DNA of 63,987 nucleotides, filler included, from Neolecta irregularis DAH-3 (lineage: Eukaryota), in assembly GCA_001929475.1 (NCBI GenBank). It is 20 parts of 20 records of this genome, joined end to end, with 100 filler letters (N's around TTAATTAATTAA, not from the genome) between each part and the next. Parts side by side here need not be neighbours in the genome. Positions count along the whole stretch, not along the records: positions 62,890 to 63,987 come from LXFE01002625.1; 19 more parts are not named here. One strand, 5' to 3'. The position numbers and the translations under genes were made by a program. A model generated the notes under the pieces. That model saw nothing but the letters and a program-made list of their open reading frames with translations, was not told where the DNA came from and made no database searches. This document shows, in pieces, positions 63,697 to 63,987 of this stretch (position 1 is its first letter; the number at the start of each line of letters is the position of its first letter).

Positions 63697-63987
63697 GTAA
63701 TGAATAACTGGATTCAAATGTAATAATTAGATGTAAGAAGCGTTGTCTACTGCGAACACGATAATTCGAGCAAGTTAAACGTGATTCACAATTACTGCAA
63801 CACGAACAAGGACAAACATTAGAATTACTCGTAGTACTGGGATAGGAATAGATGGAAATGGGGAATAAACTATGAATAGGTACAAGGTGGAGTGTACAAG
63901 AAGGATGAAAAGGGATTATAAAGGACCGGCGGGAGGATGCAGGTCAGTCCTTGAGGATGCGTTTGAGGGCGGATTCGAGCATCCAGT

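Overview
This is eukaryotic fungal DNA, not a prokaryotic locus. It consists of about 20 unrelated short contigs joined by 19 artificial 100-nt linkers (N44-TTAATTAATTAA-N44), so gene adjacency is meaningful only within a contig. The genome is compact and intron-rich with very short introns (about 29-45 nt); an early-diverging ascomycete (Taphrinomycotina, Neolecta-like) is my tentative inference. Recognisable genes: a Con7-type C2H2 transcription factor, RMP1, a fatty-acid elongase, SSL2/XPB, NTH1, NOP53, RPR2, DBR1, an MCH1-like MFS transporter, a histidine acid phosphatase, COG5, RAX2, GPI18, CYC2, an HSPA12-like Hsp70, MET17, GGC1, PCF11 and two intron-containing tRNAs. Several contigs are decayed Ty3/Gypsy and hAT elements, some almost free of CpG. 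Top leads: (1) a head-to-head HSPA12-like Hsp70 plus a coiled-coil partner (possibly GrpE/Mieap-like) with a second partner paralog nearby; (2) an apparent GT-TG intron in essential SSL2 among relaxed splice signals (GC donors, AAG/GAG acceptors); (3) a 48-bp inverted duplication covering the RMP1 start codon; (4) repeat-restricted CpG loss; (5) tandem duplications reshaping introns. All gene models were spliced by eye and no database searches were run.
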